From Bispira polyomma (Eukaryota), in contig OZ287752.1 of assembly GCA_965649765.1 (NCBI GenBank), positions 11,966,001 to 12,030,000 of the forward strand: a DNA stretch of 64,000 bases, written 5' to 3'. A model generated the notes under the pieces. The model had not been told where the DNA came from and searched no databases. It saw only the letters and a program-made list of their open reading frames with translations. Positions 50,650-64,000 of this stretch are shown piece after piece; the stretch's first letter is position 1; each line of letters starts with the position of its first letter. The position numbers and the translations under genes were made by a program.

Positions 50650-53600
50650 TTTACAAAACAGTGTTATGATTTAGGGAAGGATTTGAAGAAAGACCTTTTA
50701 AAAAATGGATCAGAGGATCGACTAGATTAAACAACGTGTCACAGACATTGAAAGACAGAATAACTCTACACCAATGAGTGACCCAGTGGATAACCCAGTT
50801 TTAACTATTATGGCCACAAAGGTTTTCCAACATCCAAGTGAGGATCCCATGGAGACAGCTGCTCAGTAAATTGCATCAATAGGCAAAGATGAGCACAACA
50901 AGAAGATATTATCTCAAGTAGTGCTGACAGCAGCTAGACGTCTACCTACCGTCTAGCTACCCAAGAAGTCCTGGCTAACTGAAGATTTTGTTCTCACAGT
51001 TTGAAGATAAGAAGTACATTCTCAGATATAAATCAATGTTGAAGAATGCAGTTGTTGTAAAAGAGTCTTTCTTCGCTCAAGCCAATCACACACAGAATGT
51101 TTACTGCATTTAAACTTTTGGACATTCTTAGAAAAGATGCCATGGGGGAAAAACTACAGGATAGCAGCTAATGGTTGTTTAGTGGAAAAAGGGAACCAAG
51201 ATGAGGCATTGCAAGATCAACCATATCGACGTGTTAGTCACAGGGAAAGTTTGCCTCAAATCCCTGCAGCTCAGTACGTTCAACATCCAGCCAATGTAGA
51301 CTCTGAAGCAATCACCGGTAAAGTAGGATCTACTCAGCAGTCAACAACAGTGACAGGACAACAGTCATCAGGAGCTATACCAAAGATACCAAGATGTTAA
51401 CAGTCTTCTCCAAAACCCAGTGATAAGTTAACTTTATTTGAACAGCCAATGCCCAGCCAATAATGACTTGACTGATTTTGAATGTTTAAAGATATCATCT
51501 TTGAATGTTAACGGTTGGACAGACTCTAACAAACAACTTAGGCTGGCTTTAATTGAAAATGTATCTCCTGATGTACTGTTTTTACAAGAGACCCACCTTG
51601 ATGTAGGACAATCAATTGACCTTGAAAACTATTTGTGGATTGGGCATAAGAGAATGTCAAAGCATGTGAAAGCTAAAAAGGCCAGTGGGGGTATTGGGAT
51701 TCCAAATTAAAGACAGGGTACAGAATCAATACTGTGTTTCTAATATTGATAAATCTTTTGATGGTATACTTGTAATATTTTTACAACATAAAATCACATA
51801 CTTTATTCTAACATTTGCAAATGTTTATTTACCACCAGAGAACTAACTATGGGGCGTAATTCTGAGGCATTTTTTGCACAGTTAGTGTCGGTACTATTTG
51901 TTTCACAAACATCTGATATTATTTTTATATTTGGTGATTTTAATGATATAACTGGCACAGAACTAGACTGTATTGTCGAATTAGATAAAATTCCAAAGCG
52001 CCAAACTCTCGAAACTGTAAAAAATTTCCACGGTGAGTGTTTGATTGAATTTTTAAAAGATATAAAAATGTTTTTTTTAGTGGGAGGATTGGTGATAATA
52101 ATGATAATTTTATATGTATAAATAGAGGTGGAAAAAGTTCATCAAAAAATGTAAAGAAGAGTTTCAAAAATAGAAAACCATACTGGTCAGATGAATTGTC
52201 GATACTTTGGAAATCAATGAGAGATGCAGAAACCAAAGACATTATGGAATTATATAAAAAAATAGGTCCAAGGCCAAGTAGAAAGATACCTATGAAGGTT
52301 AGGATTAATGATGATTTGGTACTGGATAATAAAGAAGTCTTGAATAAGTGGCATCATGATTTCTCTAAATTGTACAATAAACCTACCGAAAATTATTTTG
52401 ATGATACATTTAAACAAAACACATTACAAGCTAAAGAAAACCTTATAAATGACAGGATAGATAATGAATATATAAATAATACAATTACTTTTCACGAGGT
52501 TGAACATGCTACACATTCCTTAAAACTAAAAGAATCATGTGGGTTTGATAGGGTGTCAAATGAAAAATAAGGAAGTAACTATATCTATGAAAGCTTTTTG
52601 GTAGTATTTTTGATTTTAAACTAATACCCTCAGTCCGACTAAATGCAATTATAACACCCATACCAAAAAATGCAAAGAATCTGCATGTTCTTTTGAACTA
52701 TAAGGTGGGGAGGGGGGGGGTGAGTCTTTTAAGTTGTGTTTTGAAGGTGTACTTAGGTATTATTTACAATAGAATAAACAGACATTGTAATGAACATGAA
52801 ATATTCGTCGATGAGCAAAATGGGTTTCGGAAAAATCGTTCCTGTGAAGATTACATTTTTAGTCTACATAGCATAATTCAAACTAATATTGATGTTAACA
52901 AGCCAATATATGCTGCTTTTACAGATTTAGAAAAAACATTTAATTGGATTGACCGGACTTACTTTTTTAAAAATTATTACAAAATAATATAAATGGCAAA
53001 ATCTATAGAGCCATAAAGTTACTATATACTAATACGCTGCCTTGTATAAAAATTAATAGTCAAATTATGGAGTGATTTGAAATATTTAGTGAAGTTCCAC
53101 AGAGGGTCACACTGTCGCCAACACTCTTTGCTTTGTATATTATTGAACTGGCAAGAAAAATGAAACAGTTACGTCTTGGTGTTGATATAAATGGTAGTAA
53201 AGTCAGTATTCTTTTATATACAGATAACATAGTGCTTGTCTCTTATTCTGAGGAAGAGTTACAGTTAATGGTAAACACTAGGTATGAATGGTGTAGAAAA
53301 TGGCGTTTGAGAGTAAATCTCTCCAAAACCATAATAGTACATTTTATGAAAAGGAAATTTCAAAGAACTGCATGTAACTTTTTTATGGGGGTAAAAATAC
53401 AGAACTTGTACATTCATATAAGTATCTGGGTATTATCCTTGATGAATTTTTGCTATATGATGAATGTTGTAGAACTTTAACTGAGTCTGGAGGTAGAGCT
53501 CTTAATGCATTACTCCCAAAATTTAAACATCTTCAAGAAAAAGGTTTTGAAACTTTTACACAGCTTTTTAATTCAGGAGTACAACCGATTTTGACATATG

Positions 53601-53670
53601 GATCCAGTATATGGGGATTTAAAAAAAGATAAAGAAATGAATAAAATATTTAGTAGAGCTTGTAATGTAA
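50650..53670 (+). mobile_element. Decayed non-LTR retrotransposon (ORF1 remnant, AP endonuclease, RT), internally deleted
   Basis: SLNVNGW, FLQETH, FGDFN; DEQNGFRKNRSCED, FTDLEKTFN, LLYTDNIVL, PILTYGSSIWG. Confidence 0.85.
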
Positions 53671-53699
53671 GAAGTGTGAAACAACTGTTACTTCTAAAA

Positions 53700-53878
53700 C
53701 TAATCATTTGAAAGCCATTTTCCTTATTTTTTTGTTATTTAAGTTTGCCAAAAAAGTCACACAAGAGTATTTCCCGGTATTTCTCGATATTTCCCACTTT
53801 TGGAGTATTGGACAGGGCGGTATTTCTCAGTATTTCCCGCCCGGTATTTCCCGCCTGGGAAATACCGTAACAACCCTG
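53700..53878 (-). mobile_element. DNA transposon/MITE end fragment (hAT-like)
   Basis: CAGGG terminus at 53878 on the minus strand and repeated GTATTTCCCG subterminal motifs. Confidence 0.55.
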
Positions 53879-54506
53879 GTCTGGAGACCTTTTCTGTGCA
53901 GTATCTTTTACTTTTCTTGAAACAAAAGTTTGATAGAAGTCTGCACCACATGATGTCAACGATGTATTTTATAATAATAATAAATAATATATCAGACTTT
54001 TTTAGCCTTATTTGATGATGTTATGACCTACAGATGACAAATCTAAGGTTATCACTGCGTCATTGGAATATTATGCTACCCTAGTGTTACTTGAATGGCA
54101 AACAAATATTTATATATTGACCATCATGTTTCAAACTAAATATAACATAATCAGCCACTTACATATTGATGTTACAAAATGCCCCACTTATGTATATTTT
54201 GTATAGCAAGGATAACACACATAATATAACAAGTTTCTTAGTGGCAAGTATGAACAGCACGACCACTTCAGGGGCCTGCTGCCTCAGTTATAAAGTACGA
54301 CTTTAAATCTTTTTAATAAAGTCCTTTCTTGTTTCACCTTCTGTCCATCACACAATACCTCTAAACCATGCTTGGGTGCCATATTGAAAACTCAAACCAA
54401 GGAGGTAACAAGTGGAAAAAGTTATAGACATTATTAATGAGTTATATATATACATGCTTTTATTTTAGTGTAACTTTGTTTTTACAATCATTATACACAC
54501 TATGGG

Positions 54507-55564
54507 ATGTACAAAGAAGACACCCGGCAGTCTAAAAGAAAGACAGCTACAAAGAAAGTGAACAGTCCGGTATCATTATCCGACTCTGTCGCACGTAATT
54601 TGCAAGTTCCTTCATCTGAAACTACCCCGAGTAATTCTATGTCAGCCGGATCAGAGGGGCTATCTGAAGTCATGAGTGTTTTGCGCAGGCTCAAAGCTGC
54701 CAACACTTCTATTAATAGATGTTTAGACCAAGTTGAAGCCAAGGCCACATCTTCAACGAGTGCTCTGCATAACGGCCCAACGTTTGCTACCACTTCGGCT
54801 GAGGCCTCGCCGTTACTACAGCCAGCAGTTCCCCCACCACAGGCTGCGGTGGTGCACACGTCCTATCAAGAATTTCAACTAGATTTCATAGTATCGAAAC
54901 TAGACGTGCTGAAGTTGATGGCTGATGTGAATACAGCTGTTAACCAGAGATTGGCCGCCTATGCGCCAGACTTACCCATGACCTTACACAAGGTAAGCAC
55001 CTATCCAGGCATAGATCCGGGTGATTTAATACAACAGACATCTGCATCATTGAGCCACAGCGTCGTTGGCCCAATGAAGGATGTGTAGGAGGAACTGGGA
55101 AAAAACATCCTGCTTACAATGAGCTTTCTCTTTCCCTGTGGGCGTCGGGTCAGTTATTCAACATTTCACAGATTTCTGATATCACGCTCATGAAGCAGAT
55201 GATCATGCAAGTCACCTACTCATTGAGAGATGCGAAATTTCTTCCATGGCCCACAGTTAGGTCTGCACGGGCCCACAATATGCAGGAGATTGAGGAGAAC
55301 CGGATGGAGTTGGCAGACTCAACTCAGTGGGCTATTAACAGGCTTAATATGTCACAGATGGCGCTAGTTTAATTCACACATCGCACAGGGTACTCAGAAA
55401 CCAAAAGTCACCTGCAAATATTTTAATGTTGGATCGTGCAGTCACGACAGCGATCACAGCCAGTACCGTCATATTTGTTCTCACTGCTTTAAGCACCTCA
55501 ACAAGGAGAGTAATCATCCAGAGTTTAAGTGCGTGAAGGCTAACAGTGATAAGGCCACAAGCTA
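54507..55564 (+). pseudogene. Gag-like ORF of YR element 4 with C-terminal zinc fingers
   Basis: LPWPTVRSA, WAINRLN, CKYFNVGSCSHDSDH..HICSHC..HPEFKC; stops and frameshifts. Confidence 0.82.
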
Positions 55565-56499
55565 GGGAGGTGGTTGACTACCTGGACCACTGCCAGACAC
55601 TGATGTTGACTCTAGTTATAAAAAGTATAAGATTATTAACAGTAATTATAAGTTTAGAGACGATAGTACTAATAGTGCTTACAAAATTGACTATAATTTA
55701 GAATTAAGTACTTTTAGAAATTTAAATGATAATATTATTCCAAAACATACAGACTATAAATGTAAAAATGTGTATAATGTATTTCAGGAATCTGTTGATG
55801 GTATTAATCAACAGTTGGACAGTGTTGCTTATGGCAAAGTCTCTGGTTTAATACTGATACCACAGATCTTAATTATAGTAATCAAGGGCAAACTAGTTAC
55901 ACGGGGATGGGGAAAAATCATATAGGAGCTGATAATTTTCAGAAAGGAAATATGATTCATAATGGGCTTATACAAGTTCTGAACTTTAGTTGCATCTGTC
56001 GTGTCGGTGTTGGAACCACCTAGTTGCTTGATGAATGCTGTTTATCAGCCTATAGTACATATGTACTTTACTATGAATATTTTGACGGATGTAATATTGT
56101 TCTCAGATATTCAGCTGTAGGGCTAATGCCCACTTTTCCAATCAATATTATGTACACAAATAATACTTGGGTTGCTATAGATATGAACACAAACAAAATT
56201 GGTGGTTATACTGCTGACCAGTTGGAGGAAGCCAACTTAGTTTGGTTGAATCACAGTAAAGACACGACATGCTTCAATGAGCACGGATGTGATTATACAG
56301 AACACATCTGCAACATAATTGATAAGCTTACAACTGTCAATTGTCATAATGACATGCATGCAGAGCATGTTAACAAGGGTGAGATTACCACCCATGAGAT
56401 GACCAAGGCTAGTATCACACATACTCCCGTTTGTGGGTTAATGGACAAGTTGGGCGACTTGTTTATTAACGTATCCTCTTCTTCTGAAAACAATCAGAT

Positions 56500-58228
56500 T
56501 AAGGACATTTATGATCACAACAAAACAACAGGTTTTATCAAACTTTCTGATACAAGTTTTGAATTCGTGGTTCTGACAAGGATTCGGTCCACACAAAATC
56601 TGTACAACATTTATGTGAAATTGCAGAGGTTATTTGGAATACAGGCGTGCCAAATTATCAACAGGCTCGTATACTGATTAAGTCGGATCTGAATATTTCA
56701 GCTTGGGAAAGAATTACTCGTGATCATACTGATAAATTGATTATGCAATATATCAAATTCGGTTTTCCACTATTTATTCAGGAACCTGGTTTATTGGTCA
56801 ACACAAACATTACTAACCATGTCTCAGCCTTTCAACATCAAGAAGCAGCAGTAGCTTATTTGACTAAGGAGAAACAAAAGGGAGCTATGTTAGACCCAGT
56901 TGCCAATGTTCCAGATAAAAACTTTCACTGCTCACCTTTACTTACCAGACCAAAGGACACAAATAAAAGGCGAGTGATCTTGAACCTTTCCTATCCTCCA
57001 GGTTGGTCGGTTAATGATCAGTTGCTTCGATGGTACTACCTTTTGTCTAAAATTCCTTAATATTGATGATATTACTTATGCTATTCGAAATACAATCAAT
57101 CCAGTTATGTTCAAGGTCGACGTCGAGCGGGCATTTCATAACCTGCGCATCGATCCTGTCGACGCAGTGAAATTTGGGATTACTTGAAACAATGAGTACT
57201 GCTGATGCCGTGGCATTCGGCTGGGCACACGGTAGTGCTTCTTTTCAGCGATGTTCCGACTTAATAGCAGACTATATGAGTAGTAAAGGGTCAACTGTAT
57301 TGCTACATCGACGACTACATTTGTATAACCACAGAGACTAAGGCAGACAAGGGTTTTTCAATATTATGTAAACTTATGGACAATTTAGGGCTTCCAATGA
57401 ATCCAGACAAAGTATGTCCCCCAGCAGATCACATGACATATTTGAGTATTGACATTGATATCACAAACAGTACAATTAGCATTACCAAAGACAAAATTGA
57501 AGAAATACACTTAGTATGTAAGGAAGCAAGACAGAAATCTTGGCTATCTCGTTCCAGATTTCAATCTCTTCTTGGCAGGCTTTTATACATCCACAATTGT
57601 GTAAAACCTGCCAGGTGTTTTATTAATAGATTATTGGCAGTATTTAGAGCATCCCCTGGTGCTAAGAGATTTAAGGTCACAGACATTGTGAAACAGGATC
57701 TGGACTGGTTTATTAAATTTCTATACCAATGCAATGGAATTACATATATCAACCCCAGATTCATACAAGCAAGCAAAGAATTACACCTCAATGCCTGCTT
57801 AACAGGCATGGGGGCAATCTGGGGCACTAAAATTTATCATACACCCATATATAACATCTATGGCCAACCTTTACATATTACTCAGCTGGAAATGCTAAAT
57901 ATCGTCATTGAACTTAGGGTATGGGGTTCAGATTGGGCCCATCAACAAATTACAATTCATTGTGATAACATGGCAGTGGTCTTGGTGGTCCAGACCGGTA
58001 AGACTAAGGATGCTTTTCTTGCTGCATGCATTAGGAACAGTTGGCTTTTAAATTCTATACATGACATTACACTACACGTCAAACACATTAAGGGTAAAGA
58101 GAACATATTCGCTGACACATTATCGCGGATATATTCTCCACACCCACAGAACCAAGCAGTACTTGATCTCATGGCAAACCATGCACTTAGGGAAGTTTTA
58201 CCACAGTACTTTAGACTGTCATATATAA
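56500..58228 (+). pseudogene. RT and RNase H of YR element 4
   Basis: FHCSPLLTRPKD, KVDVERAF, FGWAHGSA, CYIDDY, LEMLNI, HCDNMAVV, GKENIFADTLSR. Confidence 0.9.
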
Positions 58229-58234
58229 TTGTAG

Positions 58235-59125
58235 GTGCCACTGCTGCCTCAGCTTCAATGGGCCAGGCTGCTATTCTAAGACTGGATTCAGCACTACGCC
58301 CATCCACACAAATGGCCTACAAGAACCAGTTCAAGACATTCCTGGCTTTCTTGCATCACGTGCACATACAGGACATTACTATACATTCTATCCTAGCGTT
58401 TCTAGAATACTTGGTGCAGAACAATTTGTCACCTAGAGTGGTAAATAACTACCTTTCAGCACTTAAATTTATGGCATCTAAGTATGACTTTAATGTGCAT
58501 TTATTTCATCACAATGCAGTGGCACTTTTTACTAGAAGTCTTACACATACTTCCACATTTAGACCTGTTCCAAAAGGGGTGTTCGACATCAAACACATTT
58601 CACTTATCTCAAGCTTGTTCCATATTAGATGACCCTACACACTATAGGGTCATCTTTCTACTGGCTTTTTATGGATTTTTGAGAATGTCAAGGTCAAAAT
58701 TTGACTCTTCTAGACATCTGCTACGACAGGACATAATACTAGGCCCACCTGGTGCCCATGCAGTAATCAAATGGGCTAAGAACATGCAGGACAGGTCAAG
58801 CTCTCATGTGGTCCAGCTCCCTATTATTTCAGCTCCACACGTTTGTCCAGTAAGAGCCATTTCTACACTTCTTAGGTCAAGAGATCTTTTACCCTCACAA
58901 CCTTTGTTTGCTACCTCCTTACCACCACATTTTCCAGTAGTAGATTCACATATCAGAACTGCTTTGAAAAAAGTTCTCCAACATATTGGTATAGATCGAT
59001 CATTTCATGGCTTCCACACATTTAGGCGTTCTGGTGCTACCTTAGCATTTAACAATAACATTTCATTGCAAAATATCATGGCTCATGGTTTGTGGCGCAG
59101 TTCTGCTGTGTAGTCATATCTTCAA
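58235..59125 (+). pseudogene. Tyrosine recombinase of YR element 4
   Basis: FYGFLRMS, KWAKN, VCPV, HGFHTFRRSGA, HGLWRSSAV*SY. Confidence 0.92.
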
Positions 59126-59659
59126 TCTACCTCACAAGCCACTTCCATTATTCCTGCAACTTTTGCCTCCATAATCCCTGCATCTATTTAGCTTGGGTTT
59201 GGGTTCAGTTCAAAAATTCAACCTTGCACTGGAATTTTGGTAACCACTTCTATACTTACCACAACTTGTACATATGCTAACCCTGTACAAAATAATAAAT
59301 CTCCAAATGGTATCTTACTTTTATTAAATTTTTAAACTTTATGGTCATTATTTTCCACATCACTTCTGAAACCTTCATAACTGTGAACAGCACGACCACT
59401 TCATTGGCCTGCTGCCTCAGTTATAAAGTACGACTTTAAATCCTTTTAATAAAGTCCTTTCTTGTTTCACCTTCTGTCCATCACAAAAACCCTCTAAACC
59501 AATCAGCTTAGGACACATGGTCAAACTATGTATTAGGTCCCACACTTGGGTGCCATATTGAAAACTCAAACCAAGGAGGTAACAAGTGGAAAAAGTCTCA
59601 CCACCAAACACCCTTTTTACTACCTCCACATAACTATATTACTTATCATCTTATATGTC

Positions 59660-59795
59660 GGAGCCCAGATTCCGTGTGGAGAGTTCTGTCTCCTAAACCC
59701 CCTCTGAGCTCACGTTTAGGGTGCTAGAGTTGAATAGGAGCTCTGGGAGGCAGAACTCTCTGCTAGGCGAGTTGGTGCCATAGGTGTCGGGCTCC
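59660..59795 (+). ncRNA. Conserved structured RNA element between A2 and B2 of YR element 4
   Basis: GGAGCCC/GGGCTCC closing stem; 18-bp stem 59676-59693/59746-59763. Confidence 0.8.
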
Positions 59796-60839
59796 TTACT
59801 GTGAGAGATTGAGAGATTTAAGCATTAGGGTTCCTGTTATTAGGATTATGAACAACTAGCATTGTGTATTTTCTTTGTACTAAGGACATTACATGTAACG
59901 AGCAGACTGTTAGGGATATATCTGACAAAATGGCATACTAGTGTGGCCTCAGGTCACGTTAACAAAGCTTTATATTTCATGTAACTAAGGGCTAGACCCA
60001 AGGCATTAATGTAATCACACGCAGCGGGCAAGTCCCAGTGCTGTATCAATTTTTTTATGAAGTATGGTATTTTACTTTTATTTAGTCTTGTCTTACTTAT
60101 GCTCGCTTTAGTGGGCTTTACTCTTTTAGTAACCTGTGTGGGTTCAGTTCAAAAATTCAACCTTACATTTGAATTTTGGTAACCACTTCTATACGTACCA
60201 CAACTTGTACATATGCTAACCCTGTACAAAATAATAAAACTCCAAATTGTATCTTGCTTTTATTAAACTTCAAAACTTCATGGTCATTATTTTCCACATC
60301 ACTTCTGAAACCTTCATAACTGAGACTGAAATATATACCTAGAGATGTATAGTTTAGAATAACTCAATTTATAGACTGTCCCTGGGGAAAATCTAAGTCA
60401 CCAATGACTTTCCTACTAAAGAACCAACAAATGGTTTAGGTTTAGTCCTGAAAGGAGTAATGTACGGATGGTTGTGAAGTTGTGTACTGAATAGAAGCAA
60501 GTTGTTCTTTTTTCTTTTTGTAACTAAGCAGCAATGTTGCCTGGTTACTCTTTTTCCTAAACTGTGGACATGTAAGGTTGTAGGTATATTCATTGTTATT
60601 GTTTTGCTGCCATCTAGGATGACCTTTCAGGACCAGGGTACCTGGCGCTAAGCCCACACTGTTGTTGTGTCCCTTGCGAATACTTTCTATCAGTCAGCTG
60701 ATGAGGGCTGAGTCAAAGGGCAGGAATGTACTTATCAAATGGATAGAGAGGAGTTTCACTAACAAAAGAATCCCATGGGGTACATGCCCCTGTCATAGGA
60801 TTCGCAGTAGTACCAGAAAGGTTATTTCCTATGACCACT

Positions 60840-63800
60840 TTCAAAGATCTTTTTTTGACTGTATATAATTAAGTCACTTGTATTCGAAATTTCATTACAG
60901 TCAAAAATTGGAGCATAAACTGATATTGAATCGTCTTCCATGTTTACGTTCCAGTCATATCATTTATGATTATATCAGGTCGTTGAAATTGATTAGCTCT
61001 CTGACAAAGCTCTACAACCATCATTTTTTTCTAATAATAAACTATACTCAGGGTAAAGAAAATATCAAGTATCAGTATATTTACAGAACTAGCATTTAGC
61101 CAAACCAAGGAACTACTTATAAAATATTATCTGACAAACATTTATTTGGCCCAGTATATTCCCCAAACAAACTAATCTAGGAGTAGTAGTATTACAAGTT
61201 AAAAATTTATTTGATGTATAGACCCCTGGTGTATAATATGGAACACTCAGTTTACAGTATTTTAGATATATAGCTCTAGTGTTAAAATTTTAAAGGAATG
61301 ATTGTGTATGTCCTCTTAACCATATTATGTACATAGTTATACAGTGTTGCTGTTTTGTATTTGTAGTGTAATATTCTTAAAGTGTCCTTTAAATCGGTAC
61401 ATAAATTTCATAATGAACAATGATATGACATTTAGCAAATGTTGTATTTTTTATTGAAATATATCTTCATGTGTAGGAAAGTACCCCCAAGATAACTTAC
61501 ATTCGGTCCTAGTCAAATGTCTCACTTCTACAGTATTTGCCAATGTTAATTTGTTTTAATGTGAAATAGGAAGAATCAATTACTGTATACTCTGACAGAG
61601 GATTAAAGTATGTTGTATATTTAATATTGTTGTGTTAAGGCACTACTTTGTCTAAATATGTATGTATCATTTGCTGAAGTTTGCATTATAACAGGTATGT
61701 GTTTTGAATATTTACGTATTACATTAATGGTAATTAAATGGCATATGGTATCACAAGTAAAGAATATGTGTGCCTGGAATTGTATGCAACAGGTTGTGTA
61801 TTCTGTATAATCTCATTCTCAACTAAATATTGTAAGTTTGTGATCAGAATTTGTATGCTTGATGTATTAGGAAAAAACAGTATACAATACCTTCATAACC
61901 TTCAATCAAACTCTTTTAGCACTGCATTACTAGAAAAATTTGATTTATTTTCCAGCAGTAAATTTGCATTATTAATCATGTCTATTGTAATACCATGTAA
62001 ATATTTTGTCAGTCATTACATATGCATGCTATATATTTTGTATCTCACGATAATTAATTCATAGTTAAGCCAGTTGTACCTCAGTTTTCCTAGTCCAGTG
62101 AAATTTTGTGTTTTTGGTAATGTAATAATTTTCTTTCATCTATAATGTTAAGAGGATAAAATAAGTGATATAATAATTATATATGATTATTCTGTCCCAG
62201 CAGCAACTGTTAAACTAACTTTTCAGAGTATTTAAAACAAAAAAACTGTATTTTGGATAAACCTTAGTTTGTTTGGTTGCAGGTCTATTCCAGACTGTAC
62301 AGACTGCTGTGACTGTGTCCTTGTATACAGATTTTCCAGCTTCTGGTGGTGGTTTTTATGTACTGCACAAACATAATTTAACACTGGAATGTTGATTTAG
62401 TTCTGCTGTAGAAATTAATTGGATTATTAACGAGGATGTACTTTTCCAGTATGCCAGTAGTCATGGTATAGGTGCTATAGGACCAGGTTTTGACAACAAA
62501 ATTCTAAGAACTGAATACACAGCTACAAGTCATATCCTAGTTCTTGTTATAGATAAAGCTTCGGATAAAGAAAACAGTTTCTCCTGTTATGTAAGAAACT
62601 CACCCATTCATGTTGAAACTGGAAGTTTGGAATTGATAGAAATATATGGTAATGTATGACAGATCTGATGTTATATCACAAAGGGTACTTTGTCATATAA
62701 AATAAAACAATTTTAATATACTTTATGTTATCATTCAATTCACACACAAGTGTTTTCAACTTTTATCAACAATAATTTTTTGAAATACAATCACCAATGT
62801 TAAACGGGGCTGAAAAGGGGCTGTCCTCCTACCCCTGGTGGTTGCATTTATGTTTTGAGAGATTCTTTTCTAATATTGAATGTGGTTATAATTTTATGTA
62901 TGATCAACTAGCTATACATTGGGAAATCTGTTTAGTGTGGAATATATGTCAATTTCACAGCCAGTTGGCCTTTGCCAACAGGTTTACAACCAAGTTTTGG
63001 GAATAACAATAGAATCTTCAATATATCTGTTCTTCGTTTAAATTATTCAACCAAGTCCTCAGCTATGGAGGCAATGACAGTGCCTAAAATTGTAGCTAAA
63101 AATGTGGTCCAGAATATTTCTTTTATTAGGATATATTTTTTACTTCTAATGTCAGAGGCATGCCTCTTTCTTAACTCTCACAGTTGTTCCTGTACTTTCC
63201 TTGTGTTGTTGTTTTGTGTCAATCCCAATTGAACACTCATGTCGCCATACCAGATATACAGAGAGTCATGGTATTCCGACCTTAGACTGCATCTGCATGT
63301 ATAGGGTCAGGTTTCTGCTACTATTAAGTGGGTGAGGGTTATTCATAGAAATAATTCAAAATATATTATTCTTACTTAAACTGGTATCCTGGGAAAGAAT
63401 GAATATAAATAATTTTATTCCTGGGCTCCTAGCTCTGTCTTTAACCACTTTCAATGCCTCTGTAGGCAGTGATGGGAAGTGATATATTTTGTTTTTAGTA
63501 TTTGTTAACAGTCCCGCGCAAAACACTTTAGTGGTCAGATGTACTTGCATTTTCTTACTAAAAAAAAACCCTGCACTGTAATAGCTGTGCAAAAAGGTAT
63601 GGTTTTGATTTGAACAATAGTATTTAATGAAGTTGATGAACCAGATATGTGTATATGGAATACTTGACAAGTTTAATTGTATTGGTCATTAGGGTCCGCA
63701 AAATGCCATGCTGACGACTTTTTTTATCAATTTTATATACCAGAATTTCATTCATGATTTCTCATAGTTGGTACAAGCCTTAATTCATGCTGAAAACTGT

Positions 63801-64000
63801 TCTGATCAGTTTTAGTATGACCTCTATATTTTTTTAAGCCTCATTCTGGATATACTATTTCTCAGTCCATTACCTCCAGCTTAAAATCAATGAACTATTT
63901 TGTGAAACACATTTATAATGTTCAATTGTAAGGCTTTGTTCTTTTTTGATATTGCCACATTTAAGGTAAAATGCATCGACTGTTTGAGGAAGTTTATTAA
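60840..64000 (+). repeat. Tandem duplication unit 3 (runs off the window end)
   Basis: Collinear with 18000-21500, 23830-24052 and 43120-45910. Confidence 0.9.
61658..62648 (+). pseudogene. Unit 3 leader exon (61658-61694) and V exon (62283-62648) with in-frame TGA at 62393-62395
   Basis: Intact splice sites, one codon-length indel, LTLEC*FSS. Confidence 0.8.

Larger units (their letters stand above)
54251..60322 (+). mobile_element. YR retrotransposon 4, near-complete Ngaro/PAT-type with split direct repeats
   Basis: A1 54251-54422 matches A2 59384-59596; B1 59200-59383 matches B2 60139-60322; gag, RT, RNase H and YR all recognisable. Confidence 0.95.

Noticed and set aside
56024-56677. 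217-aa ORF upstream of RT in YR element 4 as a possible extra cargo gene
   Set aside because: Its 3' part matches the variable pol N-terminus of elements 1 and 2 (GFI..SD..F.F); no independent domain is evident
57376-58632. Apparent natural RNase H-recombinase fusion ORF (418 aa)
   Set aside because: Element 1 has the pol stop (ATA TAA) just before the acceptor and element 2 has the same motif; read-through in element 4 is best explained by a small indel in a decayed copy
60690-60730. CTGATGAG hammerhead-like core
   Set aside because: No pairable stem II followed by GAAA

Overview
AT-rich animal genomic DNA with spliceosomal GT-AG introns; a lophotrochozoan, probably mollusc, origin is my inference from the repeat and gene content. 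The host content is a tandemly duplicated immunoglobulin-superfamily receptor locus. Three units (about 2.7-24.5 kb, 36.4-49.8 kb and 60.8-64+ kb) each carry a 37-nt leader exon and a V-type Ig exon. Only one set of downstream exons is in the window (V, 3 C-type Ig, a Cys-less Ig, 2 FN3-like, TM, ITAM-like tail; 26.4-34.6 kb). The locus is heavily invaded by mobile DNA: four distinct tyrosine-recombinase (YR; DIRS/Ngaro/PAT-type) retrotransposons, two with intact split direct repeats; a full-length L1/Tx1-like LINE; an RT-less Penelope-like element with a hammerhead ribozyme; a solo LTR; other LINE fragments, SINEs and MITEs. Main candidates for novelty: (1) the LINE ORF1p ends in a NADAR (YbiA-like, ADP-ribose glycohydrolase family) domain; (2) three divergent YR elements share a ~132-nt structured RNA with compensatory base changes and a palindromic loop; (3) conserved splice sites predict a spliced Gag-YR fusion; (4) the leader+V cassettes diverge mainly at the predicted ligand-binding face. 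All alignments and folds were done by eye and no database search was run.
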